Source: Candidatus Latescibacterota bacterium (GTDB lineage Bacteria > Latescibacterota > UBA2968 > GCA-2709665). From it: a DNA stretch of 64,000 nt. The position numbers and the translations under genes were made by a program. Each line of letters starts with the position of its first letter. The first letter of the stretch is position 1. Shown here in pieces: positions 28,900 through 38,761 of this stretch. The notes beneath the pieces are model-generated. The model was not told the origin of the DNA. It worked only from the letters and a program-made list of their open reading frames with translations, and did no database searches. The DNA lies in the NCBI GenBank assembly GCA_965208835.1, contig OZ242358.1, positions 1,920,001 to 1,984,000 of the forward strand, read 5' to 3'.

Positions 28900-29299
28900 T
28901 TTTCGTGGTTTCGCCCAGGCGAACCTGCACCGGTGTGGGCAGGGTGTCGTTGCCAACGTGGTAACAACCGAGCAGAGAGTCAAAGTTCCAGAAGCCGCCG
29001 CGGGGGCGCCAGGCGACCACGACCCACTCGTAGGTGCCCGGCTCTTCCAGGGGGACGAAGTATTCGAAACGGACCGCCCCGATGGTCACGGTTGTGTCCC
29101 AGCCTGCAATATTGAAGAAATCGGCCAGGACCTGCGGGCGTCGCCGGTAGACTGCCACAGCCACGTCATCCGTCTCCGGCGGCCAGTCGCCGTTGAAGAT
29201 GAGGGTTCCCTTGATTCCCGTACCGTCGGGCGGTCCCGGCCCGAGGCCGCCGCCGCAGGCGACAAGGATCAGCAGGGCCGTTGGAATGAAGCGTTTCAT
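28733..29299 (-). CDS. Hypothetical lipoprotein
   Basis: MKRFIPTALLILVAC lipobox and GGAG-like context. Overlaps the start of the receptor gene. Confidence 0.72.
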   Translation of the reverse strand: MKRFIPTALLILVACGGGLGPGPPDGTGIKGTLIFNGDWPPETDDVAVAVYRRRPQVLADFFNIAGWDTTVTIGAVRFEYFVPLEEPGTYEWVVVAWRPRGGFWNFDSLLGCYHVGNDTLPTPVQVRLGETTKNVDIQTYFDLVQGADRPDRQICTGFLPPLPSASGFGTAGGNPRDDGRNNNRRNDR

Positions 29300-29369
29300 A
29301 TCGGAGACGCCACGGACCCGCGGCGTCTCCGGTTTCCGCGCGCAATCGTTGTCAAAACGCCGGTTTTCC

Positions 29370-29398
29370 TTGACACGGCAAGGGGTGCGAAATAAGTT
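29370..29398 (+). promoter_or_regulatory. Putative promoter for the YgfZ-like gene
   Basis: TTGACA-N17-TAAGTT. Confidence 0.45.
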
Positions 29399-29448
29399 TC
29401 ATCGGAAACCACCATTGTCTCTTCGGCGTTCATTCAGGAGGTCGCTCA

Positions 29449-30510
29449 ATGACTGTTACAACGCTGCGGTCAGCCAAGCTGTCGGCAGGTGCTGTATTCG
29501 AACGAATCGGCGGCACCGAGGCCGCGGCTCACTACGGGGATGCCGCATCCGAGTATGCAACCGTTCGGGAGGCCGCGGGTCTGGTTGATCGGAGCGACCG
29601 GGGTCACCTGCTGGTTACCGGCTCGGACCGCGCGCGTTTCCTGCACGGGATGTTGAGCAACACGGTCGAAGGACTGGAATCCGGAGCGGGCAACTATGCA
29701 ACGATGACCACGCCCAGGGGCCAGACGTTGTCGGACGTATGGGTCTATCATCGTGAGGAAGGGTTCCTGCTGGAGACAGAGCCCGGACTGCAGGCAAAGC
29801 TGATGGCGTCCCTGGACAAATACCTGATCGCGGATGACGTCCGTATCAGGGACGTTACCGGGATACAGGCGACACTCGGCCTACACGGACCGGGCGCCCG
29901 CGCACTGATTGCGAGGGCGCTGGGCGAGGTGTCCTCCGATCTTGCGGATTGCCACACCGTCGTGCGTGGCCTGGGACGTACGGATGTGTCCGTAACCGCA
30001 CGCTCCTATTCGGGAGAGCCCGGCTATGACCTGCGGATCGAGGCGGTCCATGCGCTTCGTCTCTGGAATGTGCTGACTGCCGCGGGCGCGCGCCCCGTGG
30101 GTACCCGGGCCATGGAGGCGTTGCGAATAGAGTCCGGAATACCGCGTTACGGAGTCGACGTGGACGAACGGGTCGTGCCGCTCGAAGCGGGCCTTCATCA
30201 CGCGGTCGACTTCACAAAGGGATGTTTTATTGGCCAGGAAACGATAGCCAAAATGCACAACCTGGGCAAGCCCAGGCGGTATCTGGTCGGCCTGTGCCTT
30301 GAGGCGGATACGGTTCCGCCGCCTGAAACACCGCTTCGAGACGGCGAAAAACAAATCGGGTGGACGACAAGCGGTGTCCGTTCGCCTGCCCTGGAGCGGG
30401 CGGTTTCGCTGGCGTCCGTCCGCAGGGGATATGAACACCCCGGCCTGTTTCTGTCCGTAGACGGGGGAGGTCGGGCAAAGGTCGTCGAACTGCCCTTTTA
30501 CAGACGATAG
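29449..30510 (+). CDS. YgfZ/GcvT family folate-binding protein
   Basis: KGCFIGQE signature, LRIESG and a GcvT-like C-terminus (LPFY). Confidence 0.88.
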   Translation: MTVTTLRSAKLSAGAVFERIGGTEAAAHYGDAASEYATVREAAGLVDRSDRGHLLVTGSDRARFLHGMLSNTVEGLESGAGNYATMTTPRGQTLSDVWVYHREEGFLLETEPGLQAKLMASLDKYLIADDVRIRDVTGIQATLGLHGPGARALIARALGEVSSDLADCHTVVRGLGRTDVSVTARSYSGEPGYDLRIEAVHALRLWNVLTAAGARPVGTRAMEALRIESGIPRYGVDVDERVVPLEAGLHHAVDFTKGCFIGQETIAKMHNLGKPRRYLVGLCLEADTVPPPETPLRDGEKQIGWTTSGVRSPALERAVSLASVRRGYEHPGLFLSVDGGGRAKVVELPFYRR

Positions 30511-30636
30511 CCAGCCAGCAGGGTTGCAGGACCATCGCGTTACAATACAGGCGCAAATTGGCGATGTCAAGGGCTTTTTGTCTCACGAAGAGGCATCGTC
30601 GTCGGCGGTCTTCATCACCCGGAATCCATAGGGATG

Positions 30637-30665
30637 TTGACTCTGCACATTTGTTCATTTATATT
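30637..30665 (+). promoter_or_regulatory. sigma70 promoter for the folB-panC operon
   Basis: TTGACT-N17-TATATT. Confidence 0.6.
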
Positions 30666-30711
30666 GATGTCGACGAAGGAATCGAGTGTCGTGCGTCCAC
30701 GGTGGCGCCGG

Positions 30712-30863
30712 TAGCAGTCCGTTGGTAAAGTTGCTCTGCAGGCGAGGCCGAAGACAAGGCGCGCGACCGAGTCCCATCCTGCGATTCGGCGAGGGCGCGC
30801 AACGCAGTATTTCGACCGCGAGGGCCGGCCGCAACCCGGATGGACTTTTCCAACGGGCTGGTA
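30712..30863 (-). mobile_element. MITE family A copy in the folB 5' leader
   Basis: Reverse complement of family A with both TIRs. Lacks the ACAATGGCTCGGCC segment. Confidence 0.85.
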
Positions 30864-30922
30864 GGGTTTTGCGGGGCAATTCGAGGCGTAGTGGGTTGAT
30901 AAGGAAGCGATAGAGACCGGCA

Positions 30923-31279
30923 ATGGGAAACGACGTGTTTCGTCTTAGAAATATGAGGTTTTATGCCTATCACGGACTGTTTCCCGAAGAGGCGAAATTG
31001 GGGCAGTGGTTTGAAGTGGACGTGGAGATCTTCTCCGACTTCAGGGGTTATGCCCGCAAAGCCGCCGCCGGCGCTTTCGACTATGCGAAGGTCTATGAAG
31101 CCACGAAGAAGGTCGTTACCTCGGAACGTTTCGGACTCGTGGAGGCACTGGCCGACCGGATAGCGGAGGTTCTGCAGTCGAGCTTTCATCTGAAGCGTCT
31201 GCTGGTCAGGGTGCGTAAACCCAATCCGCCCATGCAGGCTTTATTCGATGGCGTGGAAGTGGAAGTGGAGCGGGGATGA
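30923..31279 (+). CDS. folB: Dihydroneopterin aldolase
   Basis: FYAYHG..EE...GQ.F.VD, DY, LVEALA and VRKP. Confidence 0.93.
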   Translation: MGNDVFRLRNMRFYAYHGLFPEEAKLGQWFEVDVEIFSDFRGYARKAAAGAFDYAKVYEATKKVVTSERFGLVEALADRIAEVLQSSFHLKRLLVRVRKPNPPMQALFDGVEVEVERG

Positions 31280-31282
31280 CTA

Positions 31283-31795
31283 ATGGCGCTCTCCTACATC
31301 GGTATGGGGGCTAACCTGGACGACCGGGCGGCTGTATTGCGCCGGGCCGTCGCCGCGCTCGACGAACACGACAGACTTGACGTGAAGGCCGCCTCCGCCG
31401 TCTACGAGACCGCTCCGGTCGGGGTTACCGCGCAGCCGATGTTCCTGAATGCGGTGGTTGCCGCGGAAACAGACTTCGAACCGCGTGCGCTGCTGGAATG
31501 TCTGCTCGCCGTCGAAAACAGGTTCGGAAGGGTTCGCAGGCAAAGGTGGGGGCCGAGGCTGCTGGATCTGGATATCCTGCTCTACGAGAATGAGATTTTT
31601 CGTGGTCCAGGGCTGGAGATTCCACATCCGAGATTACATGAGCGGGCTTTTGTACTGGCTCCTCTGTGCGAGCTGGCGCCAGGGGGTCGCCATCCGGTAT
31701 TCAACAAGACCTTTTCGGAATTGGCCGAATCGATCGTTCCGACGCAGGAAGTGCGAAAGCTGGACGGCGTTTCACTGCTGTCGGTTTGCACATAA
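31283..31795 (+). CDS. folK: 2-amino-4-hydroxy-6-hydroxymethyldihydropteridine diphosphokinase
   Basis: GANL, YETAP, FLNAV, WGPRLLDLDIL and IPHPR..ERAFVL. Confidence 0.95.
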   Translation: MALSYIGMGANLDDRAAVLRRAVAALDEHDRLDVKAASAVYETAPVGVTAQPMFLNAVVAAETDFEPRALLECLLAVENRFGRVRRQRWGPRLLDLDILLYENEIFRGPGLEIPHPRLHERAFVLAPLCELAPGGRHPVFNKTFSELAESIVPTQEVRKLDGVSLLSVCT

Positions 31796-31806
31796 GGGCG
31801 TGTTCC

Positions 31807-32448
31807 GTGGCCGTACGATACCTTGCGATCGAAGGCCCCCCCTGCGTGGGCAAGACCGAGCTTGCATGCCTCCTGGGAAGGTCGATGAAGGCGCGCCTGG
31901 TCCTCGAGGAGGCGGAGGAGAACCCCTTTCTGCCCCTTTTTTACGAAAACCCGGAGCACTACGGATTCCAAACGCAGGTATTCTTTATGTTGCACCGGTA
32001 CCGGCAGCAACAGGATCTTCATCAGATGGACCTGTTCGAATCCACGGTTGTCAGCAACTATCTGTTCGCAAGAAGCGGCATATACGCCCATGTCTGCCTG
32101 AACGACGCCGAACTTTCTCTTTACGAACGAATGGCCGAGACACTTCACGAGAAGGTGCCGAGTCCCGATCTGGTAATCTACCTCCACAATTCAACCGACA
32201 GTCTCCTTCAGCGCGTTCGCAAACAGACGCCTTCGTACGAGCGGCTGATGACTGAATCGTACCTCGCGAGGCTCGTCGAGGCGTATACGCACTTCTTCTT
32301 TCACTATACCGAGTCGCCATTGCTCATCATCAATGTGTCGCAGGTCGACTTCGTGCGGAATCCGGCGGGACTTGAGGAACTGCTGCAGCAGGTGAAGGCG
32401 CCACCTGCGGGCACCCGCTACTATCGTCCGTCCCGAATCGAGGCCTGA
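31807..32448 (+). CDS. Deoxynucleoside kinase
   Basis: AIEGPPCVGKT, ENPFLPLFY and PDLVIYL. Typical position between folK and panB. Confidence 0.9.
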   Translation: MAVRYLAIEGPPCVGKTELACLLGRSMKARLVLEEAEENPFLPLFYENPEHYGFQTQVFFMLHRYRQQQDLHQMDLFESTVVSNYLFARSGIYAHVCLNDAELSLYERMAETLHEKVPSPDLVIYLHNSTDSLLQRVRKQTPSYERLMTESYLARLVEAYTHFFFHYTESPLLIINVSQVDFVRNPAGLEELLQQVKAPPAGTRYYRPSRIEA

Positions 32449-32498
32449 TCACGGAACGCGCGTTGAAAAGCGGATACGCAGGAAAGGGAGTTCAAGAG

Positions 32499-33341
32499 GT
32501 GTCCGACGAGGAATTGCGAACCACCCCCGGCTTTCTGTCCGAGTTGAAGCGTCGGGGCGAACCCATCGCCATGCTGACTTGTTACGATTTTCCCACGGCG
32601 ATCCTGCAGGACGCGTCGAACGTGGATATCATCCTGGTCGGAGATTCGGTGGGAATAAACATACTGGGATACGAAAGCCCACAGCAGGTCACCATGTCGG
32701 ATATGCTACACCACACCCGCGCCGTCAGACGGGGAGTACGGCATGCGATTCTGTTGGCGGATTTGCCCTACCGGTCCTATGAAACGGATTCCCAGGCCGT
32801 CGATAACGCCGGTCTGCTGGCGGATGCCGGGGCCGACATGGTCAAACTCGAGGGCGCCGAGGAAGTGGCTGGAAGGATCGAGGCAATTACGGTGGATGGC
32901 ATGCCGGTTGTCGGCCACGTGGGCCACCTGCCGCAGACCTGGAAGGGAAACCGGCATGTCTATGGTGACAGTGCCGACGAGGCTGCCCGGGTCCTCGCCG
33001 GCGCGCTCGCCCTGGAGGCCGCGGGGGCGGTAGCCGTAGTTCTCGAGTGCGTTCCCGAGCAGGTGGCCCGCGTTGTTTCGCGCGCGCTGAGCATTCCCAC
33101 GATCGGCATCGGATCGGGTCGACGATGCGACGGTCAGGTGCTGGTCGCGCCGGATCTATTGGGTCTCAACGACTTTTCATTCAGGTATTCCAAACGGTAC
33201 GCGGAACTGGGACGAACCATCTGCGAGGCCTTTACGAGGTACGTCAGCGATGTAAAGGAAAAGCGGTATCCGGCCGAGGAGCACCGTTATCGAATCCGGA
33301 ACGAAGAGTTGCGGAAGTTCAAGGCCCTCGCGGAGGAATGA
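32499..33341 (+). CDS. panB: 3-methyl-2-oxobutanoate hydroxymethyltransferase
   Basis: MLTCYD, LVGDS, VKLEG and PTIGIGSG..CDGQVLV. Confidence 0.95.
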   Translation: MSDEELRTTPGFLSELKRRGEPIAMLTCYDFPTAILQDASNVDIILVGDSVGINILGYESPQQVTMSDMLHHTRAVRRGVRHAILLADLPYRSYETDSQAVDNAGLLADAGADMVKLEGAEEVAGRIEAITVDGMPVVGHVGHLPQTWKGNRHVYGDSADEAARVLAGALALEAAGAVAVVLECVPEQVARVVSRALSIPTIGIGSGRRCDGQVLVAPDLLGLNDFSFRYSKRYAELGRTICEAFTRYVSDVKEKRYPAEEHRYRIRNEELRKFKALAEE

Positions 33342-33428
33342 ACCCGTCGTCCACTCGTAATAGACAATAACGTGGGGCGGGGATCTCCCGCCCTGCGTTT
33401 TTGTGTGGAGAAAGGCGGCCGCCGAACG

Positions 33429-34310
33429 ATGGAAACCGTCAGGGTCATACGGACCGTGCGTGAGATGCACCGGGTTTCGGACCGGATGCGAAAGAACGGA
33501 TTCCGGATCGGACTGGTACCCACCATGGGGTATCTGCACGAGGGCCATGCCAGCCTGATGCGTCAGATCGCGCGGGTAACCGACCGGACGGTCGTGAGTG
33601 TCTTCGTGAACCCTGCCCAGTTCGGGCCTGATGAGGATTTCCAGACGTATCCGCGGGATTTCGAACGGGACCTGGCGATGGTTCATGCCGAGGGAGGCGC
33701 CCTGGTCTATGCACCTTCGACGGCAGAGATGTACCCCGAAGGCTATGCAACGTACCTGGAGGTGGAAGGACTGCCTGACCATCTGTGCGGCGCGTCACGT
33801 CCAGGGCATTTCCGGGGCGTGGCCACGGTGGTGACCAAACTCTTCGCAGCCGTCAAACCGCACGTGGCCATATTCGGTCAGAAAGACGCGCAGCAGGCGG
33901 GTGTTGTCCGCAGGATGGTCAGAGACCTGAATCTGGACGTGGGAATTTTGGTCGCACCCACCGTGAGAGAAGTGGACGGGCTGGCCAAGAGTTCCCGAAA
34001 CCGCTACCTGACGCCCCGCAATCGCCGCGGTGCCACGGTGATCTACAGGGCACTGCAGGAAGGAAGAGATCTGGTGCTGCAGGGCGAAAAGCGCGCGTCT
34101 GTGGTTATTGACGCCATGAACCGCCGTGTGCGCCGGAGCCCGTTCGTGGAAGTCGATTACATCGCGGCGGTCGACGCCGAAGATTTCAGGCCCGTCGAAG
34201 CGTTCGGAGCCCGGGTGCTTCTGGCAGCGGCCGTCCGGTGCGGCCAGACCCGGCTCATCGACAATATTGTCGTGGAAACCGAAGGTCGGCCGGTTCATGA
34301 ACTACGATAA
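33429..34310 (+). CDS. panC: Pantoate--beta-alanine ligase
   Basis: VPTMGYLHEGH, FVNPAQF, RPGHF, FGQKD, SSRN and RLIDN. Confidence 0.96.
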   Translation: METVRVIRTVREMHRVSDRMRKNGFRIGLVPTMGYLHEGHASLMRQIARVTDRTVVSVFVNPAQFGPDEDFQTYPRDFERDLAMVHAEGGALVYAPSTAEMYPEGYATYLEVEGLPDHLCGASRPGHFRGVATVVTKLFAAVKPHVAIFGQKDAQQAGVVRRMVRDLNLDVGILVAPTVREVDGLAKSSRNRYLTPRNRRGATVIYRALQEGRDLVLQGEKRASVVIDAMNRRVRRSPFVEVDYIAAVDAEDFRPVEAFGARVLLAAAVRCGQTRLIDNIVVETEGRPVHELR

Positions 34311-34350
34311 GTGTAAGTTTTTGTTATAAGTAAGTGGGGATTGAAATCGC

Positions 34351-34379
34351 TTGACGATGTGCCTATACTTCGTTATATT
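34351..34379 (+). promoter_or_regulatory. sigma70 promoter for sodA
   Basis: TTGACG-N17-TATATT. Confidence 0.6.
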
Positions 34380-34451
34380 TTTTCATCTGAATGTCTGACT
34401 CAAGTGTCTGGTTCTGTCGCCCATCCTCAATCTACTCAAGGAGTGTACTCG

Positions 34452-35066
34452 ATGGCTTATTCACTTCCCGATCTGCCGTACAGTTATGATGCTCTGGAGC
34501 CTCATATCGACGCCCGGACAATGGAGATTCACCACGGCAGGCACCATAACACGTACGTGACCAACCTGAACAACGCACTGGACGGTCACGCCGATCTGGC
34601 CGCCCAGAGCGTCGAAGATCTGATCAGTAACCTCGAAAGCGTTCCGGAAGCTGTTCGTACGGCGGTCCGGAACAATGGCGGGGGCCACGCCAATCACAGT
34701 CTGTTCTGGACCGTGATGTCGCCGGGCGGGGGCGGCGAGCCTTCCGGAGACCTGGCCGACGCTATCAACGATGCATTCGGGAGCCTCGACGCTGCACGCG
34801 ACGAGTTCGTGCAGGCGGCAACGACCCGTTTCGGCAGCGGTTGGGCCTGGGTTGTCGTGAAGGACGGCGGACTGGCGATCCTCAGCACCCCGAACCAGGA
34901 CAGCCCGCTGATGTCCGGCGACGGCACTCCGATTCTCGGACTGGATGTCTGGGAGCACGCCTATTACCTGAATTACCAGAACCGGCGCCCCGACTATATC
35001 GAGGCCTGGGGAAACGTGATTGACTGGGACGCGGTGTCGGCCCGATTCGCCGAAGCGACTTCGTAG
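34452..35066 (+). CDS. sodA: Superoxide dismutase, Mn/Fe family (Mn-type motifs)
   Basis: [23 protein letters not shown] and DVWEHAYY. Confidence 0.95.
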   Translation: MAYSLPDLPYSYDALEPHIDARTMEIHHGRHHNTYVTNLNNALDGHADLAAQSVEDLISNLESVPEAVRTAVRNNGGGHANHSLFWTVMSPGGGGEPSGDLADAINDAFGSLDAARDEFVQAATTRFGSGWAWVVVKDGGLAILSTPNQDSPLMSGDGTPILGLDVWEHAYYLNYQNRRPDYIEAWGNVIDWDAVSARFAEATS

Positions 35067-35079
35067 CCCGTCCCGCCCT

Positions 35080-35231
35080 TACCAGCCCGTTGAAAAAGCC
35101 CGTCCGTGCTACGGGTTTCCCTTGGGGTCGAAAACCTGCGTTGCGCTACCTCGCCGAATCGCTCGATTCGACTCGGTCTCACGCCTTGTCTTCGGCCTCG
35201 TCAGCAGAGCGACTTTATCAACGGACTGTTA
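35080..35231 (+). mobile_element. MITE family A, diverged copy between sodA and the peroxiredoxin
   Basis: CAGCCCGTTGAAAAAG ... GACTTTATCAACGGACTG ends plus the internal core. Confidence 0.82.
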
Positions 35232-35314
35232 CCCCGAGCCGGAACAGCGTATGCCGCGGTTTTCCGGTTTGGATTTCGGGCCGGTCTTCTGGAATTACAC
35301 GAAAGGAACATCCC

Positions 35315-35791
35315 ATGGGAATCAAAGTAGGCGATCAGGCACCCGACTTCACCCTGAAGAGCAAACGGGGTGATCTCGAGGATGTCAGTTTAAGCAGTTT
35401 CGAAGGAGAAAAGAACGTTGTACTGCTGTTTTTTCCACTCGCTTATACCTCGGTCTGTACCGATGAAATGTGTTCGGTTAGTGGAGGACTTTCCGAATAC
35501 GACACTCTGAATGCTCAGGTGCTGGGTATCAGCGTGGACAGCCCCTTCGCCCAGGAGGCCTGGGCGGACGATAACGATATTTCCATCCAGTTGCTGAGCG
35601 ATTTCAATAAAGAGGTGAGCGCCGCCTACGGAGCTCAATATCAGGATCTCCTGGGTTTCAGGGGTGTTGCAAAACGCGCGGCGTTCGTTGTAGACAGGGA
35701 AGGGATTATCCGGTACGCGGAAGTGTCGGAAGACGCTACGGTGCTTCCCGATTTCGACGCTGTGAAACGTTGTCTTTCCGCAATCGGCTGA
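35315..35791 (+). CDS. Peroxiredoxin (AhpC/TSA, AhpE-like)
   Basis: APDFTL, PxxxTxxC (PLAYTSVC), GISVDS, LLSDFN and RAAFVVD. Confidence 0.9.
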   Translation: MGIKVGDQAPDFTLKSKRGDLEDVSLSSFEGEKNVVLLFFPLAYTSVCTDEMCSVSGGLSEYDTLNAQVLGISVDSPFAQEAWADDNDISIQLLSDFNKEVSAAYGAQYQDLLGFRGVAKRAAFVVDREGIIRYAEVSEDATVLPDFDAVKRCLSAIG

Positions 35792-35831
35792 TCGGCGGCG
35801 TTTCAGGATTCCCGAAAGGTTCGAGGGTACA

Positions 35832-36155
35832 ATGGTTACGGTCACCGAGGCTGCTGCGGTAAAGATCAAGGACCTGCTGGAGCGCGAAGGCGCCACGGAA
35901 GCTGGTCTTCGCATGAAGGTGGTCGGCGGCGGATGTTCCGGGTTGCAGTACCAGCTGGGCTTCGAAGACGGCCCCGGCGAAGACGACGACACCATCGAAT
36001 GCAACGGCGTCAGGGTGTTTGTGGACATGAAGAGCGCACTTTATCTCGCTGGGTCCGAACTGGATTATGACGACGGACTGATGGGAACGGGATTCAGAGT
36101 ATTGAATCCCAATGCCACGAATCAGTGTGGCTGTGGGGAGTCGTTTGGTGTATGA
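35832..36155 (+). CDS. erpA: A-type Fe-S cluster carrier (ErpA/IscA)
   Basis: GGCSG and NPNA...CGCGESF. Confidence 0.9.
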   Translation: MVTVTEAAAVKIKDLLEREGATEAGLRMKVVGGGCSGLQYQLGFEDGPGEDDDTIECNGVRVFVDMKSALYLAGSELDYDDGLMGTGFRVLNPNATNQCGCGESFGV

Positions 36156-36439
36156 AGTGGGCCGGTTCGTTCAAAAGCGGTGGCCGGCTTGTTTCCGGCA
36201 TTAGGCGAGGGAGGGGTCCGGGCGGGATGCCTCCCTTTATTGTCCGATCGATCAGTTGAACCGGAGTGTTATGTTGTTTTTGTTGCACATTGCTGGCGTG
36301 CTCCACAACGGGAGCAGGCAGCAAGTGGCTCTATCGGAGAATTCCGGAAAACCGGCGTCGCGTTGCCGCAGGGGGCGAGAGCGACAATTCACTGAGGAGC
36401 CAGACGTGCGTCAATCGATTGACCTGGATCTCAATCTTA

Positions 36440-36601
36440 GAGGCTGTCTTAAAATTCCCAGCGGTCTTCGCGCGGCTGCAAAAGCGGCGTTCAGCGTTGG
36501 TCAAACCCACCCGTATAGACAAATATGGGCGGATTTTCCCGCCTTGACCGCCACTTTTTCGCTCGCGCTCGGGAACTCACCGGTAATTTTAAAACAGCCT
36601 C
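36440..36601 (+). mobile_element. MITE family B, short (162 bp) variant upstream of rny
   Basis: TIR GAGGCTGTCTTAAAATT / AATTTTAAAACAGCCTC, with TTA duplicated. Confidence 0.85.
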
Positions 36602-36623
36602 TTACCGAACACGGGAGGCTTCA

Positions 36624-38423
36624 ATGGCACTGGATGCATACTCAGTCGGTCTTGCCATTGCATGCGCGATTCTCCTCTTCGCTGTCGGGTGGTTTTTATG
36701 CGCGAGGCTTAAAGCCCGCAGAATTCAGGAAATTGAACACCACACCGAGCGTCGGATTTCCAAGATGGTCGAGAAAGCCGGTCGGGAGCGCAGAGCCACA
36801 TTTCTCGAAGAGAAAAACAAATGGTACGACGCCAAAACGACATTCGAGCGAGAACTGGATAGCAAGCGGCGTGAACTGGAACAGCGGGATGAGGATCTCA
36901 ACGAAAAAGAGAACGGTATACTCGATCAGTACGAAAACCTCAAACTGCGAAACAAGGAGCTGAATCGCCGGGAGCGCGACGCACGGCAGCGCGCTGTCCG
37001 ATTGGATCAGAATCAGCAGGAACTCGAACAGGTGCTGGCCGAACAGCGCGCCCTGCTGGAACGCATATCCGGCATGAATGTGGACCGTGCCCGGGAAATG
37101 CTTCTGGAGTCCATCGAGACCGATCTCCGGCATACTGCAACCGCGATGGGCATGGAGATCATGGATCAGGCCCGGGAGCGGTCGGAACGTGAGTCGAAGA
37201 AGATCATCGCGCAGGCGATAGAACGATGTTCCACGGATCAGACCGTTCAATCGTCCATCTCGGTTGTGGCGCTGCCCGATGACGATATCAAGGGGAGGAT
37301 CGTCGGCAAGGAAGGGCGGAATATCATCTCTTTCGAGGCTGCGACCGGCGTGAAGGTCATCGTGAACGATACGCCGGAAGCCGTTGTGCTCTCCAGCTTC
37401 GATCCGGTGAAGCGGGATGTGGCGAGGCTGGCAATGGAGCAGCTCGTCAAGGAGGGACGGATCAACCCCAGCCGCGTGGAAGAGGTCGTGGCCGAATGCG
37501 AGGACCGGATCGAGACCCTTGTCGAAGAGGAGGGCCGACGCGCGGTCAAGGAAGTGGGCATCGATAATATGCACTCCGAACTGGTGTCGATGCTTGGACG
37601 TCTGAAATATCGGACGAGTTACGGTCAGAGCGTGTTGGGGCATTCCAAGGAAGTGGCTTTTCTGGCAGGCGCGATGGCTGCGGAACTGCGGATGGACGAG
37701 ATGCTGGCGCGACGGGCCGGGCTGTTGCACGACATCGGCAAAGCGGTCGATCAGGAACAGGAAGGAACGCATACCGACATCGGCGTGGCTCTGGTTCGCA
37801 GACACGGCGAAGGGCAGGAGGTTGGAAATGCCATACTCTACCATCATGGAGACGCGGAAGCCAGTTCTCCAATCTCCTTCCTCGTAAAGGCTGCGGACGC
37901 CATTTCCTCGTCGCGTCCGGGCGCCCGCCGCGACGACGCCGAAGGGTACATTCGAAGGGTGCGGGATCTCGAGGATATCGCCCGCGGTTTCCAGGGTGTT
38001 CGAGACGCATATGCCATCAATGCCGGCCGCGAGATCCGGGTGATGGTGAATGCAGGAAGGGTGGACGATGAACGCGCGAAGGCCCTGTCCTTCGAAATTG
38101 CGCAGCGCATCAGGGAGGGAATGACCTATCCCGGCGAGATTCAGGTTACGATTATCCGGCAAACCGTCGCCACACAGTGGGCAGGACGTTCCAACAAGAG
38201 ACGCAAGGGCAGATCCCGAAACAGGAGAGGAGAACGCCGATATGAAAAAGGTCGGTCACGAAATGACGCTGACCGAAAGAATGTATCTTCCGGCAATCAC
38301 AAAGGGTCTGTCACTGACCTTCCGTCATCTGCTCGGCAAGAAGATAACGATGCAGTATCCGGAGGAAACCTGGACAAAACCCAGCGGATACCGAGGGCTG
38401 CACAAGCTAACGAAGGACGATAA
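36624..38423 (+). CDS. rny: Ribonuclease Y with a C-terminal extension overlapping nuoI
   Basis: N-terminal TM, coiled coil, KH domain (KGRIVGKEGRNI), HD domain (LLHDIGKA), SRPGAR, AGREIRV and YPGEI. Confidence 0.94.
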   Translation: MALDAYSVGLAIACAILLFAVGWFLCARLKARRIQEIEHHTERRISKMVEKAGRERRATFLEEKNKWYDAKTTFERELDSKRRELEQRDEDLNEKENGILDQYENLKLRNKELNRRERDARQRAVRLDQNQQELEQVLAEQRALLERISGMNVDRAREMLLESIETDLRHTATAMGMEIMDQARERSERESKKIIAQAIERCSTDQTVQSSISVVALPDDDIKGRIVGKEGRNIISFEAATGVKVIVNDTPEAVVLSSFDPVKRDVARLAMEQLVKEGRINPSRVEEVVAECEDRIETLVEEEGRRAVKEVGIDNMHSELVSMLGRLKYRTSYGQSVLGHSKEVAFLAGAMAAELRMDEMLARRAGLLHDIGKAVDQEQEGTHTDIGVALVRRHGEGQEVGNAILYHHGDAEASSPISFLVKAADAISSSRPGARRDDAEGYIRRVRDLEDIARGFQGVRDAYAINAGREIRVMVNAGRVDDERAKALSFEIAQRIREGMTYPGEIQVTIIRQTVATQWAGRSNKRRKGRSRNRRGERRYEKGRSRNDADRKNVSSGNHKGSVTDLPSSARQEDNDAVSGGNLDKTQRIPRAAQANEGR

Positions 38424-38739
38424 GGGTCGCCCGAAGTGCGTCGCGTGCTACATGTGCGCCACGGCCTGTCCGGCGGAATGCATCGCCATCGAGGCCGAGG
38501 AAGCGCCCTGGGAGGACCGCGAGAAGCATCCCAAGCGATTTGACATCGATATGCTTCGATGCATCTTCTGCGGTATGTGCGTTGAAGCCTGTCCTGAAGA
38601 CGCGATCGTCATGACCGAGCGAACCGAGTTGGTGGCGGAGAGCCGCGCCGAGCTGATTTACACCAAAGAGAAACTGCTGGCCGTGGAAGACCGGGTAACG
38701 CTTACGCCGCCTCGAAGGCCACTCGAAGACGCCCGATGA
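38242..38739 (+). CDS. nuoI: NADH-quinone oxidoreductase subunit I
   Basis: TMQYPEE, YRGLH, CVACYMCATACP and RCIFCGMCVEACP. AGGAG RBS. Confidence 0.9.
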   Translation: MKKVGHEMTLTERMYLPAITKGLSLTFRHLLGKKITMQYPEETWTKPSGYRGLHKLTKDDKGRPKCVACYMCATACPAECIAIEAEEAPWEDREKHPKRFDIDMLRCIFCGMCVEACPEDAIVMTERTELVAESRAELIYTKEKLLAVEDRVTLTPPRRPLEDAR

Positions 38740-38761
38740 GCAATCGGGTGGTTGGACGACC

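Noticed and set aside
36156-36439. 6S RNA or glycine riboswitch upstream of rny
   Set aside because: There is no long rod with a central bubble and the glycine-aptamer motifs are incomplete. It is kept only as an unassigned structure.
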